A stretch of DNA of 64,000 bases from Alphaproteobacteria bacterium (GTDB lineage: Bacteria > Pseudomonadota > Alphaproteobacteria > Bin95), in NCBI GenBank assembly GCA_965205265.1, contig CBDBGH010000003.1:1152001-1216000 (forward strand), read 5' to 3'. The position numbers were made by a program, and so were the translations under genes. Under the pieces are notes generated by a model that saw only the letters and a list, made by a program, of their open reading frames with translations, had not been told where the DNA came from and made no database searches. Positions 8,308 through 17,097 of this stretch are shown here, piece after piece (the stretch's first letter is position 1; each line of letters opens with the position of its first letter).

Positions 8308-10596
8308 ATGAGCAGATGGCGAGTCGTGCTTGCCGCATGGGTGCTGGCCGCCGCTATGGCGCTGCCGCCGGCGGTTGCCGACGCCCAGACGGGCGGCGCC
8401 GTCCGCGACATCGAGGTTGTCGGCGCGCAGCGCGTGGACGCCGAAACCGTCCGTTCCTATATGCGCGTGCAGCCGGGCGATCCCCTGGGACCGAGAACCA
8501 TCAGCGACGCCCTGAAGAGCCTGTTCGAAACCGGCTATTTCGCCGATGTCAGCATCGACATGCGCGGCGATGTCATGGTGGTGACGGTCGCGGAGAACCC
8601 GGTCGTCAACCGTATTGCGTTCGAGGGAAACAGGCGGATCGACGATGAGACGCTCGGGCCCGAAGTACAGCTGAAACCGCGCCAGATCTTCACCCGTTCG
8701 GCGGCGGAACGGGATGTCAAACGCATTCTCGAAATTTACCGGCGGTCGGGCCGCTTTGCGGCAAGCGTCGAGGCGAAAATTATCGAACTTCCGCAGAACC
8801 GCGTGGATGTCGCCTTCGAGATCGACGAAGGAGAACAGACCCTTATCGAGAAGATCGTGTTCATCGGCAACGAGCAATTCAGCGACAGCGAGCTGATAGG
8901 CGAGATCAGCAGCAAGGAAGCAGCCTGGTACCGCTTTCTCTCGAATGACGATGTTTACGATCCGGATCGCGTGGCGTTCGACCGCGAACAGCTTCGCGCC
9001 TTCTATCTCTCCAACGGTTACGTCGATTTCCGGGTGGCTTCGGCAGTCGCCGAGCTGACGCCGGACCGGGACGGCTTTATCCTGACTTTCACCGTGGAAG
9101 AAGGTCCGCAATACACCTTTGGCGCCATCTCGCTCGAAAACCGGTTGGTGGACATTCCGGACTTCCGCCTGTCATCCTTCCTCCAGCCTCGTACGGGTGA
9201 AATCTACGACAGGGGAAAGGTCCGTGAAACGGTGGACGGTCTGGTCGAAGCGGTGGGCGCTTCGGGATTTGCGTTTGTGGATGTCCAGCCGCGCTCGACG
9301 ATCCGCAGGGAAGAACGGGAAGTCGATCTCGTGTTCCTCGTCGATGAAGGACCGAGGATTTATGTCGAACGTATCGACATCGAAGGAAACCTGCGCACGC
9401 TTGACCGCGTAATCCGGCGCGAATTCGGAATTGTGGAGGGAGATGCATACAGCCCCTCCAAAGTCGCCAGGGCAACCCGGCAGGTGCGCAATCTGGGTTA
9501 TTTCAGGAAGGTCGATGTTTCGAATGAGCGGGGAAGCCGGCCGGACCGGACTCGCGTTACGGTCGAGGTGGAAGAGACGGCCACGGGCGAGTTCTCGATA
9601 GGCGCCGGCTATTCCAGCGAGAGCGGCGGGCTGCTTTCGCTGAGACTAGCCGAACGCAACCTGCTCGGGAAAGGACAGACTCTGGCTCTTTCTACGACGC
9701 TTGCCGAAGAGCAGAACCAGATCGAATTGTCCTTCACCGAACCGTATTTCCAGGACCAGCCTCTCTCGGTAGGCGGCGATATCTTCCGGGTCGTGACTGA
9801 AAACGACGACCTGGGATCTTACGATCTGGAAAGAACCGGCAGCCGCCTTCGGATCGGTTACAAACTTTCCCAGAACTGGTATCAGCGCTGGCGCTATTCC
9901 GTGACCCGCCGGTTGCAGAAGCCTCACCCCGGCAATAATATTTTACGGAGGGACTCCACTATCTCTTCGGTTGTCGGGCATGAAGTCGCGTACGATACGC
10001 GGGACAATCGGTTCAACCCGACTTCGGGAAATATCCTGAGCATCAGCAATGACCTGGCGGGCCTCGGAGGGCAGGCCCGCTATCTCCGCACGGATGTCAG
10101 GGGGACGCATTATCTGCCCATGTCGAGGAAGCCGCCGGTGACCCTGGCGCTGTCCGCACGGGCCGGCGCGATCTACGGGCTCGGCAAGGATGTCGGACTT
10201 GTGGACCGTTATTTCCTCGGCGGCAGGACCTTGCGGGGCTTCGAGTTCGGCGGAGTCGGTCCGCGGCTCAACTCAAGAAGCATGAGTCCCGGCATTGCAA
10301 TCGGCGGCAACTACCTTGCGACCACCTCCGCAGAAGCGATCTTTCCGGTCAGCCTGTCGGCGGAAGATCTCGGCCTCCAGGCGAGGCTGTTCGCCGAGTT
10401 CGGCACGCTTACCGGAGTCGACGACATCAATAGCCAGAATTACGACGACGACGCCTCGATACGCGGCTCGATCGGCTTCGGCATATCCTGGACCACGCCG
10501 CTCGGGCCGCTTCGCCTCGATTTCGCCTGGCCGGTCGTGAAGGAAGACTTCGACAAGGACGAAACGATCCTGTTCAGCATCGGGCAACAGTTCTGA
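8308..10596 (+). CDS. bamA: outer membrane protein assembly factor BamA
   Basis: Signal peptide, POTRA repeats, LRGF loop motif, WTTPLGPLRLD, C-terminal Phe; alternative start 8284. Confidence 0.95.
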   Translation: MSRWRVVLAAWVLAAAMALPPAVADAQTGGAVRDIEVVGAQRVDAETVRSYMRVQPGDPLGPRTISDALKSLFETGYFADVSIDMRGDVMVVTVAENPVVNRIAFEGNRRIDDETLGPEVQLKPRQIFTRSAAERDVKRILEIYRRSGRFAASVEAKIIELPQNRVDVAFEIDEGEQTLIEKIVFIGNEQFSDSELIGEISSKEAAWYRFLSNDDVYDPDRVAFDREQLRAFYLSNGYVDFRVASAVAELTPDRDGFILTFTVEEGPQYTFGAISLENRLVDIPDFRLSSFLQPRTGEIYDRGKVRETVDGLVEAVGASGFAFVDVQPRSTIRREEREVDLVFLVDEGPRIYVERIDIEGNLRTLDRVIRREFGIVEGDAYSPSKVARATRQVRNLGYFRKVDVSNERGSRPDRTRVTVEVEETATGEFSIGAGYSSESGGLLSLRLAERNLLGKGQTLALSTTLAEEQNQIELSFTEPYFQDQPLSVGGDIFRVVTENDDLGSYDLERTGSRLRIGYKLSQNWYQRWRYSVTRRLQKPHPGNNILRRDSTISSVVGHEVAYDTRDNRFNPTSGNILSISNDLAGLGGQARYLRTDVRGTHYLPMSRKPPVTLALSARAGAIYGLGKDVGLVDRYFLGGRTLRGFEFGGVGPRLNSRSMSPGIAIGGNYLATTSAEAIFPVSLSAEDLGLQARLFAEFGTLTGVDDINSQNYDDDASIRGSIGFGISWTTPLGPLRLDFAWPVVKEDFDKDETILFSIGQQF

Positions 10597-11132
10597 TGCG
10601 CAGGCTCATAGCGGTATGGCTGCTGTGCCTCTGCACGGCGCCGGCTCTGGCCGAGGTGCCGCAATCGGTCGTCATCGTCGTCGATACCAACAGGATCATG
10701 CGCGAGGCGCAGGCGGCGGTCGGGATCGCCCGGCAGGTGGAAGAGCTGGGAGCGCGTTACGGAAACGACTTCAATGCCGCCGAGGCGCGCCTGCGGCAGG
10801 AAGACCAGTCGCTGAAGGACCAGCGCGGCCTGCTCTCCAAGGAAGCCTACAAGGCCAGGGTGAAGGAGTTGCGCGAGCAGCTCGTGAAACTTCGCAGCAG
10901 CGCCCAGCGCCAACGGACCCTGCTGGACCGCGCGCGCGCCGAAGCGCTGCGCAAGGTCCAGCTGCAGCTGCAGATCGTGGCGCGCGAACTGGCTGCGAAG
11001 CTCGGCGCGAATATTGTCGTGCAGAAGGCCGCCCTGGTATGGGCGGACGAGAACGCCCTGGAGTTCACCGAGGACGTTCTGAACCGCTTGAACGAGGTCC
11101 TGCCGGGTGTAACAATTGAAGTTTCGGAGTAA
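10596..11132 (+). CDS. skp: OmpH/Skp periplasmic chaperone
   Basis: Signal peptide, IVVDTNRIM, coiled coil, FTEDVLNRLN; position after bamA. Confidence 0.85.
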   Translation: MRRLIAVWLLCLCTAPALAEVPQSVVIVVDTNRIMREAQAAVGIARQVEELGARYGNDFNAAEARLRQEDQSLKDQRGLLSKEAYKARVKELREQLVKLRSSAQRQRTLLDRARAEALRKVQLQLQIVARELAAKLGANIVVQKAALVWADENALEFTEDVLNRLNEVLPGVTIEVSE

Positions 11133-11167
11133 GCGGCGAAAGTCCCGGCGGAGGGCGGCGAGGGCAT

Positions 11168-11623
11168 ATGACTACTGACGACGCCGATATCGCAGAGATC
11201 GGCGAGGTGATGGCGACGATTCCTCATCGCTATCCCTTCCTCATGATCGATCGCGTAACCGAGATCCGGCTGGGCGAAAGCGCAGTCGGTATCAAGAATG
11301 TTTCTATCAACGAGATGCATTTCCAGGGGCATTTCCCGTCCAAGCCCGTCATGCCGGGCGTCCTGCTGGTCGAGGCGATGGCGCAGACGGCGGCCGTGCT
11401 CGTCGTGAAGACGATGGGCGATCATGTGCGGGGCAAGCTGGTCTATTTCATGACCATCGACAATGCGCGCTTCCGCCGGCCGGTCGTGCCGGGCGACCAG
11501 GTGCGCGTGGAAGTCGCGGTTCGCCGCCACCGGGGCGCGGTGTGGCGGTTCCGGGGCGAAGCCAGGGTGGACGGGGTCCTCGCGGCGGAGGCCGAATACA
11601 GCGCAATGATCCAGGGGTTGTGA
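11168..11623 (+). CDS. fabZ: 3-hydroxyacyl-ACP dehydratase
   Basis: IPHRYPFLMIDRV, FQGHFP, PGVLLVEAMAQ motifs. Confidence 0.97.
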   Translation: MTTDDADIAEIGEVMATIPHRYPFLMIDRVTEIRLGESAVGIKNVSINEMHFQGHFPSKPVMPGVLLVEAMAQTAAVLVVKTMGDHVRGKLVYFMTIDNARFRRPVVPGDQVRVEVAVRRHRGAVWRFRGEARVDGVLAAEAEYSAMIQGL

Positions 11624-12429
11624 TGGCGCGCTCGATACACCCGAGCGCCGTCGTCGAGGACGGAGCGACGCTCGGCGAAGGCGTGCAGGTCGGGCCTTTC
11701 TGCCATGTGGGCGCAGAGGTCGAGCTGGCCGAAGGCTGCGTCCTCCACTCCCATGTGGCGGTGGCGGGGCGCACGGCGGTCGGTCCGCGCACCAGGATCT
11801 TTCCTTTCGCCTCGGTCGGGCACCCGCCGCAGGACCTGAAATATGCGGGCGAGCCCTCGACGCTGGAAATCGGGGCGGACAACATCATCCGCGAACACGT
11901 CACGCTGAATCCGGGCACGAAAGGCGGCGGCATGCGCACCGTCGTTGGAGACCGGAACCTGTTCATGATGGGCGCGCATGTGGCGCACGATTGCCGGGTG
12001 GGCAACGGATGCGTGCTGGCGAACAACGCCACGCTCGGCGGGCATGTCGTCCTTGAGGACGGGGCCATCGTCGGCGGCCTTGCGGCCGTTCACCAGTTCG
12101 TCCGTGTCGGCGCCCATGCGATGATCGGCGGCCTGTCCGCCGTCGTGCAGGACGTCATTCCCTACGGCATGGTATTCGGCGACCGCGCGACGCTGCGGGG
12201 CCTCAACTGGATCGGCATGAAGCGCGCGGGAACCGACCGCAAGACCCTGGCGCGGCTGCGAAAGGCGTTCCGGCAACTGTTCGACGGCGAAGGCCCGATG
12301 GGCGAACGGCTCGACGCCGTTTCGGCGGAGCACGGAGCCGATCCCATGGTGCGCCGCATCGTCGAGTTCATGGCCGCCGAATCGGACCGCGGCCTCTGCC
12401 TGCCGGAAAGCTCCGGGGATGCAGCCTAA
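11623..12429 (+). CDS. lpxA: UDP-N-acetylglucosamine acyltransferase
   Basis: Hexapeptide repeats, PQDLKY, HVAHDC, VHQFVRVG motifs. Confidence 0.97.
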   Translation: MARSIHPSAVVEDGATLGEGVQVGPFCHVGAEVELAEGCVLHSHVAVAGRTAVGPRTRIFPFASVGHPPQDLKYAGEPSTLEIGADNIIREHVTLNPGTKGGGMRTVVGDRNLFMMGAHVAHDCRVGNGCVLANNATLGGHVVLEDGAIVGGLAAVHQFVRVGAHAMIGGLSAVVQDVIPYGMVFGDRATLRGLNWIGMKRAGTDRKTLARLRKAFRQLFDGEGPMGERLDAVSAEHGADPMVRRIVEFMAAESDRGLCLPESSGDAA

Positions 12430-13264
12430 GCTGGCGATCGTCGCCGGCGGCGGATCGCTGCCGCTTGCACTGGCCGAAGCCTGCCGCACGAGCGAACGGC
12501 CCTATTTCCTTCTCGGCCTGGAGGGATTTGCGGAGCCGGACCGGCTTGCGGGGCATCCGCACCGCTGGGGCCGGATCGGCGCGGTCGGCCGGGTCATCGA
12601 GACGGTTCTCGAAGAAGGGGCGGGCGAGGTGGCGTTCGCCGGCCATGTCCGCCGCCCGTCGCTGGCGGCGCTCAGGCCGGACCTGTTCACGGTTCGCCTG
12701 CTTGCCCGGACCGGCAGGAAGGCGCTGGGCGACGACGGGCTGATGCGGCTCGTGACGGAGGCGTTCGAAGGCAAGGGCCTGCGGGTGGTCGAGGTGTCGT
12801 CCATCCTGGCCGACACATTGGCCCCGCCGGGTCCGCTCGGCGCGCTGGAGCCGGACGAGACCGCGCGGGAAGACATCCGCCGCGGCCTGGAAGTGGCCGA
12901 GGCGCTCGGACGCGCCGATGCGGGCCAGGCGGTGGTCGTGCAGCAGGGAATCGTGCTGGCGATAGAAGCGGCGGAAGGCACCGACCGGATGATCGCCCGG
13001 GCCTCCCGCCTCAGGCGGGAAGGGCCGGGCGGCGTGCTGGTCAAGATGGCGAAACCCCAGCAGGACCGGCGCATGGACCTGCCGGTGATCGGCCCGGATA
13101 CGGTCGAAGCCGCGGCCGCTGCCGGGCTGCGGGGGATTGCGGTCGAGGCCGGCGGTGTGCTGGTCCTGGACCGGGAAGCGGCGGTCCGCAGCGCCGATGA
13201 AAAGGGGCTGTTCATCGCCGGCGCGGAGCCCGGCGCCGCCGAAGCCCCGCGCCGGAACGGGTAG
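12419..13264 (+). CDS. lpxI: UDP-2,3-diacylglucosamine pyrophosphatase LpxI
   Basis: AIVAGGGSLP, GDDGLM, IEAAEGTDRMI, KPQQDRRMDLPVIG motifs. Confidence 0.92.
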   Translation: MQPKLAIVAGGGSLPLALAEACRTSERPYFLLGLEGFAEPDRLAGHPHRWGRIGAVGRVIETVLEEGAGEVAFAGHVRRPSLAALRPDLFTVRLLARTGRKALGDDGLMRLVTEAFEGKGLRVVEVSSILADTLAPPGPLGALEPDETAREDIRRGLEVAEALGRADAGQAVVVQQGIVLAIEAAEGTDRMIARASRLRREGPGGVLVKMAKPQQDRRMDLPVIGPDTVEAAAAAGLRGIAVEAGGVLVLDREAAVRSADEKGLFIAGAEPGAAEAPRRNG

Positions 13265-13300
13265 GGCGCCGAACCCGTTCAGGCCAGCACGGAAGTCGGG

Positions 13301-13482
13301 CCGTCCTTCGATACGCGCCGGCCTTCGCGGGGCGAAGGCCGGCGCTACTCAGGATGAGGGGGAGATGAGGCCGGTCGCTCGTGCGCGCCCCTCCCCTCAT
13401 CCTGAGCAGCGACCACGCCAGCAGATGCCTCCCCAACCCTTATCCTGAGTAGCCGACCGGAGGGAGGCGTATCGAAGGATGG
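13301..13482. repeat. REP/RIME-like palindromic element, second family (CCTTCGATACG/CTCAGGATGAG)
   Basis: CCGTCCTTCGATACGC ... GCGTATCGAAGGATGG outer inverted repeat; CTACTCAGGATGAGG pairs with two downstream TCCTGAG copies; lies between convergent genes. Confidence 0.8.
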
Positions 13483-13537
13483 ACCCCCGGATGGAAGCGC
13501 TGCCCGTTTCAAACCGGTCGGATATGGCGCCAACGCC

Positions 13538-13924
13538 TCAGGCGGGCGTGAAGCAGGGTACCTTCTGGCCGCCTTCGGCTTCGACGAAGACCAGCCTGAC
13601 CTTCATGCCGACGGCCAGGCTGTCGAAGTCGCAATCGACGAAGTTCGTCATCACGGTGACGCCTTCGTCCAGCCGCACATAGCCGATGGCGTATTGGGGG
13701 TCGGCCCGGCGCATGATCGAGTAGGTGTAGATCTCGCCGGTCCCCGCCGCTTCGACCGTCTCGACATTCCCGGAGAGCGTGAAGGGGCTGATCTTGCGGG
13801 GATACCAGAAGAATTTCCCGGTATCGCCGCAGCGGGGCAGCATCAGCCTGCCCTCGTTGCAGGCCTCCCAGAATTCCCGGTGTTCGACATTGGCCGGCGG
13901 CGCCGGAATCTTGCGGGCGCTCAT
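13538..13924 (-). CDS. DUF35 Zn-ribbon/OB-fold protein, thiolase partner
   Basis: FWEACNEGRL, WYPR, GEIYTYS, VRLDEG motifs; ATGA overlap with thiolase. Confidence 0.9.
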   Translation of the reverse strand: MSARKIPAPPANVEHREFWEACNEGRLMLPRCGDTGKFFWYPRKISPFTLSGNVETVEAAGTGEIYTYSIMRRADPQYAIGYVRLDEGVTVMTNFVDCDFDSLAVGMKVRLVFVEAEGGQKVPCFTPA

Positions 13925-15111
13925 GCGTCGGCCCTCCCGAGAATCGTGGTTGAACTGCCCATGCGGGTGCCGAGCGAGCCCCCGGTGCCGTGGGCGAGCG
14001 CGAGCCGGCAGTCCTTCACCTGCACGGCCGGATGGGCCTCGCCGCGCAGCTGGCGCACGGCCTCGAGCACCTTGGTGAGCCCGCCGCGGTTCATCGGGTG
14101 GTTGTTGCAGAGGCCGCCGCCATCGGTGTTGAAGGGCAGCTTGCCGGTGCCCGCGATCAGGTTGCCGTCCGAGACGAAGGCGCCGCCCTTGCCCTTCTCG
14201 CAGAAGCCCAGGTCCTCGATGGTTTCCAGCACGGTGATGGTGAAGCTGTCATAGATGGACGCATAGTCGATGTCGCCCGGGGCGACGCCGGCTTCCTCGA
14301 ACGCCTGCGGGCCGGACCAGCGCGCGCCGGTATAGGTCAGGTCCACCTGGCCGGACATCAGGTTCTTCGGCGCTTCGCCGCAGCCGAGCACCTTGACGCA
14401 ATCGCGCTTGAGCGAGGCCGCGACCTCGGGCGCCACCACGACGAACGCGCCGCCGCCGTCGGAGATCACGCAGCAGTCGAGCCGGTGCAGCGGGTCCGAG
14501 ATCATCGGCGAGTCCACCACCTCGTCCACCGTCACGACCTTGCGCAGCATGGCGTGTTCGTTGTGCTGGGCGTGGTGCGAGGCGGCGACCTTGATCCAGG
14601 CGAGCTGTTCGCTGGTGGTGCCGAATTCGTGCATGTGCCGGCGCGCGGCCATGCCGTACATGTTCACCACGGTCGGCCCGTAGATGAACTCGAAGGGCAC
14701 ATCGGGCGAAGCGTCGCCGTAATTACGGGGCGCGGTGCCGGTCGCCATGCCCTCCGAGCGCGGCCGCCCGGCGAGCGTGATGAGCGCCACCTTGCACTTG
14801 CCCGCCGCAATCGCCTGGGCGGCATGGCCGACATGGAGGACGTAGGAGGAGCCGCCGACATCGGTGGCGTCCATGTGCCGGACGTTCCTCAAGCCCATAT
14901 ATTCGATCATCGATAGCGGGCCGAGGCCCGGCGCGTCGCCTGCGCAGTAATACGCATCGACATCGTCGATGGACAGGCCGGCATCGTCGAGCGCGCCCCT
15001 GGCGCTCTCGGCGTGGAGTTGGGCGACCGACGTGTCGGTCGCCTTGCGGGTCGGGTGTTCGAAGATACCCGCAATGAAGGCTTTGCCCCTTGTGTGCATG
15101 CGTCGTTCCAT
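13921..15111 (-). CDS. SCP2-type thiolase family protein
   Basis: LDCCVISDGGGA, IYDSFTITVL, NTDGGGL, AHGTGG motifs; start may be 15099. Confidence 0.9.
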   Translation of the reverse strand: MERRMHTRGKAFIAGIFEHPTRKATDTSVAQLHAESARGALDDAGLSIDDVDAYYCAGDAPGLGPLSMIEYMGLRNVRHMDATDVGGSSYVLHVGHAAQAIAAGKCKVALITLAGRPRSEGMATGTAPRNYGDASPDVPFEFIYGPTVVNMYGMAARRHMHEFGTTSEQLAWIKVAASHHAQHNEHAMLRKVVTVDEVVDSPMISDPLHRLDCCVISDGGGAFVVVAPEVAASLKRDCVKVLGCGEAPKNLMSGQVDLTYTGARWSGPQAFEEAGVAPGDIDYASIYDSFTITVLETIEDLGFCEKGKGGAFVSDGNLIAGTGKLPFNTDGGGLCNNHPMNRGGLTKVLEAVRQLRGEAHPAVQVKDCRLALAHGTGGSLGTRMGSSTTILGRADA

Positions 15112-15168
15112 TGTTGGCGGAGCGGAATCGGGTGACGGGCCTCAGCCTATGCTGCCGGACGCCAGCCC

Positions 15169-16263
15169 TCAAGGCACGATGCGCTCGCGGCGAAACTGCC
15201 GCAGCAGCTCGACCAGCATGTCCTCCGTGTCCATGCAGTCCTGGAAGCCGAATTGCCGCGCCTTGATCGTGCTGACGACAGCCGGGTTCGGGCGCTGGCC
15301 GTAGCCGAAGATGAAGTCCGCGAACTGCCAGGACGGGACGATTTCCTCCAGCCGGTGCGGGCGCAACCCGTGGCGCGCGACCATGGCGTCCCAGACGGGC
15401 CCCTTGTCCGCCATCACCCGCCGGAGCGAGCAGGGGAAGGGCTGGCCTAGCTCCATGTCGAAGACCTCGGCGACGCGCGGCCAGAGATTGTGCCAGACAT
15501 AGCAGTCGCCATTCGCGATATTGAAAGCCTCGCCGCCGGCCGCCGGCGTCTCCCCGGCCCAGGCGGCGGCGCGGGCCAGCAGCCGGGCGTCGGTCGCCTC
15601 CTGGATGCGTGGCTCGCCGCCCGGGAAGCGGAGCGGCATGCCGAGTTCCTTCGAGAGCGCCGCATAGGCCGCCACGCAGGCAAGCGCGTTCATGTTCGAG
15701 CCGACGGCGAAGCCGAAGACGACCTGCGGGCGCAGGACCGTCCAGGTCCAGCCGGCGCGGGCGGCCCTGTCCCTCAGCCAGTCCTCCTGGTCATGGTAGA
15801 AGTTCGGCCCCCAATAACGCGGCTCGCGTTCTTTCGCGGGCGTCTTGAACGGGCCGTGATGGGCGCCGTAGGCCTTTGTGCCCTGCAGCAGGGTGACATG
15901 CCGCAGGCCGGGCGAAGACGCTTCCACGGCCTCGACCGCATTGCGCAGCATGGCGAGATTGGTTTCGGCATGGTCGGGGTCGCGCCAGCCGCTCGCCACG
16001 TCGGCCTTCTCATGGACCGCCGCATAGACGACGCGGGCAATGTCGTGCAGGTCCGAAAGGCCGGCTTCGCAGGCCGCCCGGTCCCGCAGATCGACGCTCC
16101 GGAATTCGGCTCCGGTCGGGAAGTCGGGCGCCCGCCGCGACAGGCCGACGACCCGCCAGCCCGGCAGCGCGTCGAAATGCTCGACCATGGCCCGGCCGAC
16201 GGTGCCGAGCGCGCCGCAGACGAGCACGGTCCCCACGGCGGCGTCCCCGGCTCCGCTAGCCAT
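15169..16263 (-). CDS. SDR, progesterone 5-beta-reductase (PRISE)-like
   Basis: GALGTVG, GLSRR, LQGTKAYG, NFYHDQED motifs. Confidence 0.85.
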   Translation of the reverse strand: MASGAGDAAVGTVLVCGALGTVGRAMVEHFDALPGWRVVGLSRRAPDFPTGAEFRSVDLRDRAACEAGLSDLHDIARVVYAAVHEKADVASGWRDPDHAETNLAMLRNAVEAVEASSPGLRHVTLLQGTKAYGAHHGPFKTPAKEREPRYWGPNFYHDQEDWLRDRAARAGWTWTVLRPQVVFGFAVGSNMNALACVAAYAALSKELGMPLRFPGGEPRIQEATDARLLARAAAWAGETPAAGGEAFNIANGDCYVWHNLWPRVAEVFDMELGQPFPCSLRRVMADKGPVWDAMVARHGLRPHRLEEIVPSWQFADFIFGYGQRPNPAVVSTIKARQFGFQDCMDTEDMLVELLRQFRRERIVP

Positions 16264-16304
16264 GCCCGAACGCCCCCAATATCGTCATGGTCGAACGCCC
16301 TCTC

Positions 16305-16391
16305 CGTCATGCCCGGACTTGTTCCGGGCATCTCCCTCGGGGGCCATCGCGGTGGCTGAAGTGGATGCCCGGAACAAGTCCGGGCATGACG
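16305..16391. repeat. REPIN doublet
   Basis: CGTCATGCCCGGACTTGTTCCGGGCATC ... GATGCCCGGAACAAGTCCGGGCATGACG. Confidence 0.92.
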
Positions 16392-16484
16392 ATATGAGGG
16401 GTGGGCATGACGATATGAGGGGTGGGCATGATGATATGAGGGGTGGGCATGATGATATGAGGGGTGGGCATGACGATATGAGGG
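16382..16484. repeat. tandem repeat, five copies of a 21-bp unit GGGCATGAYGATATGAGGGGT (last copy partial)
   Basis: Units start at 16382, 16403, 16424, 16445, 16466; no spacers. Confidence 0.95.
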
Positions 16485-16533
16485 TCGGGACGCCGGTTCC
16501 GCTAGCCATGCGCCGGCGCCTCGCCGGAAGCGG

Positions 16534-16956
16534 CTATGCGATGATGTCCGACGCGTATTCCTCGGCCGCCTGTCGCGTCACCTCGATGAACTTCTTGGTC
16601 CCGAGCACGATGGCCTTCCTCGACACGCCGCCGTTCAGGAAGATGTAATAGTCGCAGAGGAGAAGGCTGGCGTCCTTGGTGACCGCGGCGCGGGTGATGA
16701 TGTAGCGGTCGTTTATCCGGTTGACGCATTCCAGCTTTTTCTTGAGCGACACGTCGTCCTTCAGCGGAAACAGGATTGCGAGATGAATGGCGTCCTGATG
16801 GCTCGGCAATGTCGCGATGCATTTCAGTCCGCTCTCGGTAATGACGGAATCGCCGTCGCCGTCCTGCTCGCAGTCCATATAGGCCGCATCGTATAGGGTG
16901 TGCAGGAAGTCGCGATTCAGGATCTGGGGCGTCACAAGGTCGTCGTACATCGCCAT
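16534..16956 (-). CDS. YbjN domain-like protein
   Basis: 140 aa; DGDGDSVI, VNRINDRYIITRA, DYYIFLNGGVS pattern. Confidence 0.65.
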   Translation of the reverse strand: MAMYDDLVTPQILNRDFLHTLYDAAYMDCEQDGDGDSVITESGLKCIATLPSHQDAIHLAILFPLKDDVSLKKKLECVNRINDRYIITRAAVTKDASLLLCDYYIFLNGGVSRKAIVLGTKKFIEVTRQAAEEYASDIIA

Positions 16957-17097
16957 CGTCCGGCGCCTCGCCCGATTCCGCGCTCCACGAATACCCGGAC
17001 CATATGCGCGCGGTCCCGCCTGCGCAAGATGGAAGGCTGTTGCGGAAACCGGCGCAAGCGGGCAAGGTAAGGCAAGGAACGAAAGGGAGGGACCCCG

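Noticed and set aside
16382-16484. CRISPR array
   Set aside because: Units are contiguous 21-bp tandem copies with no unique spacers, and no cas genes are present.
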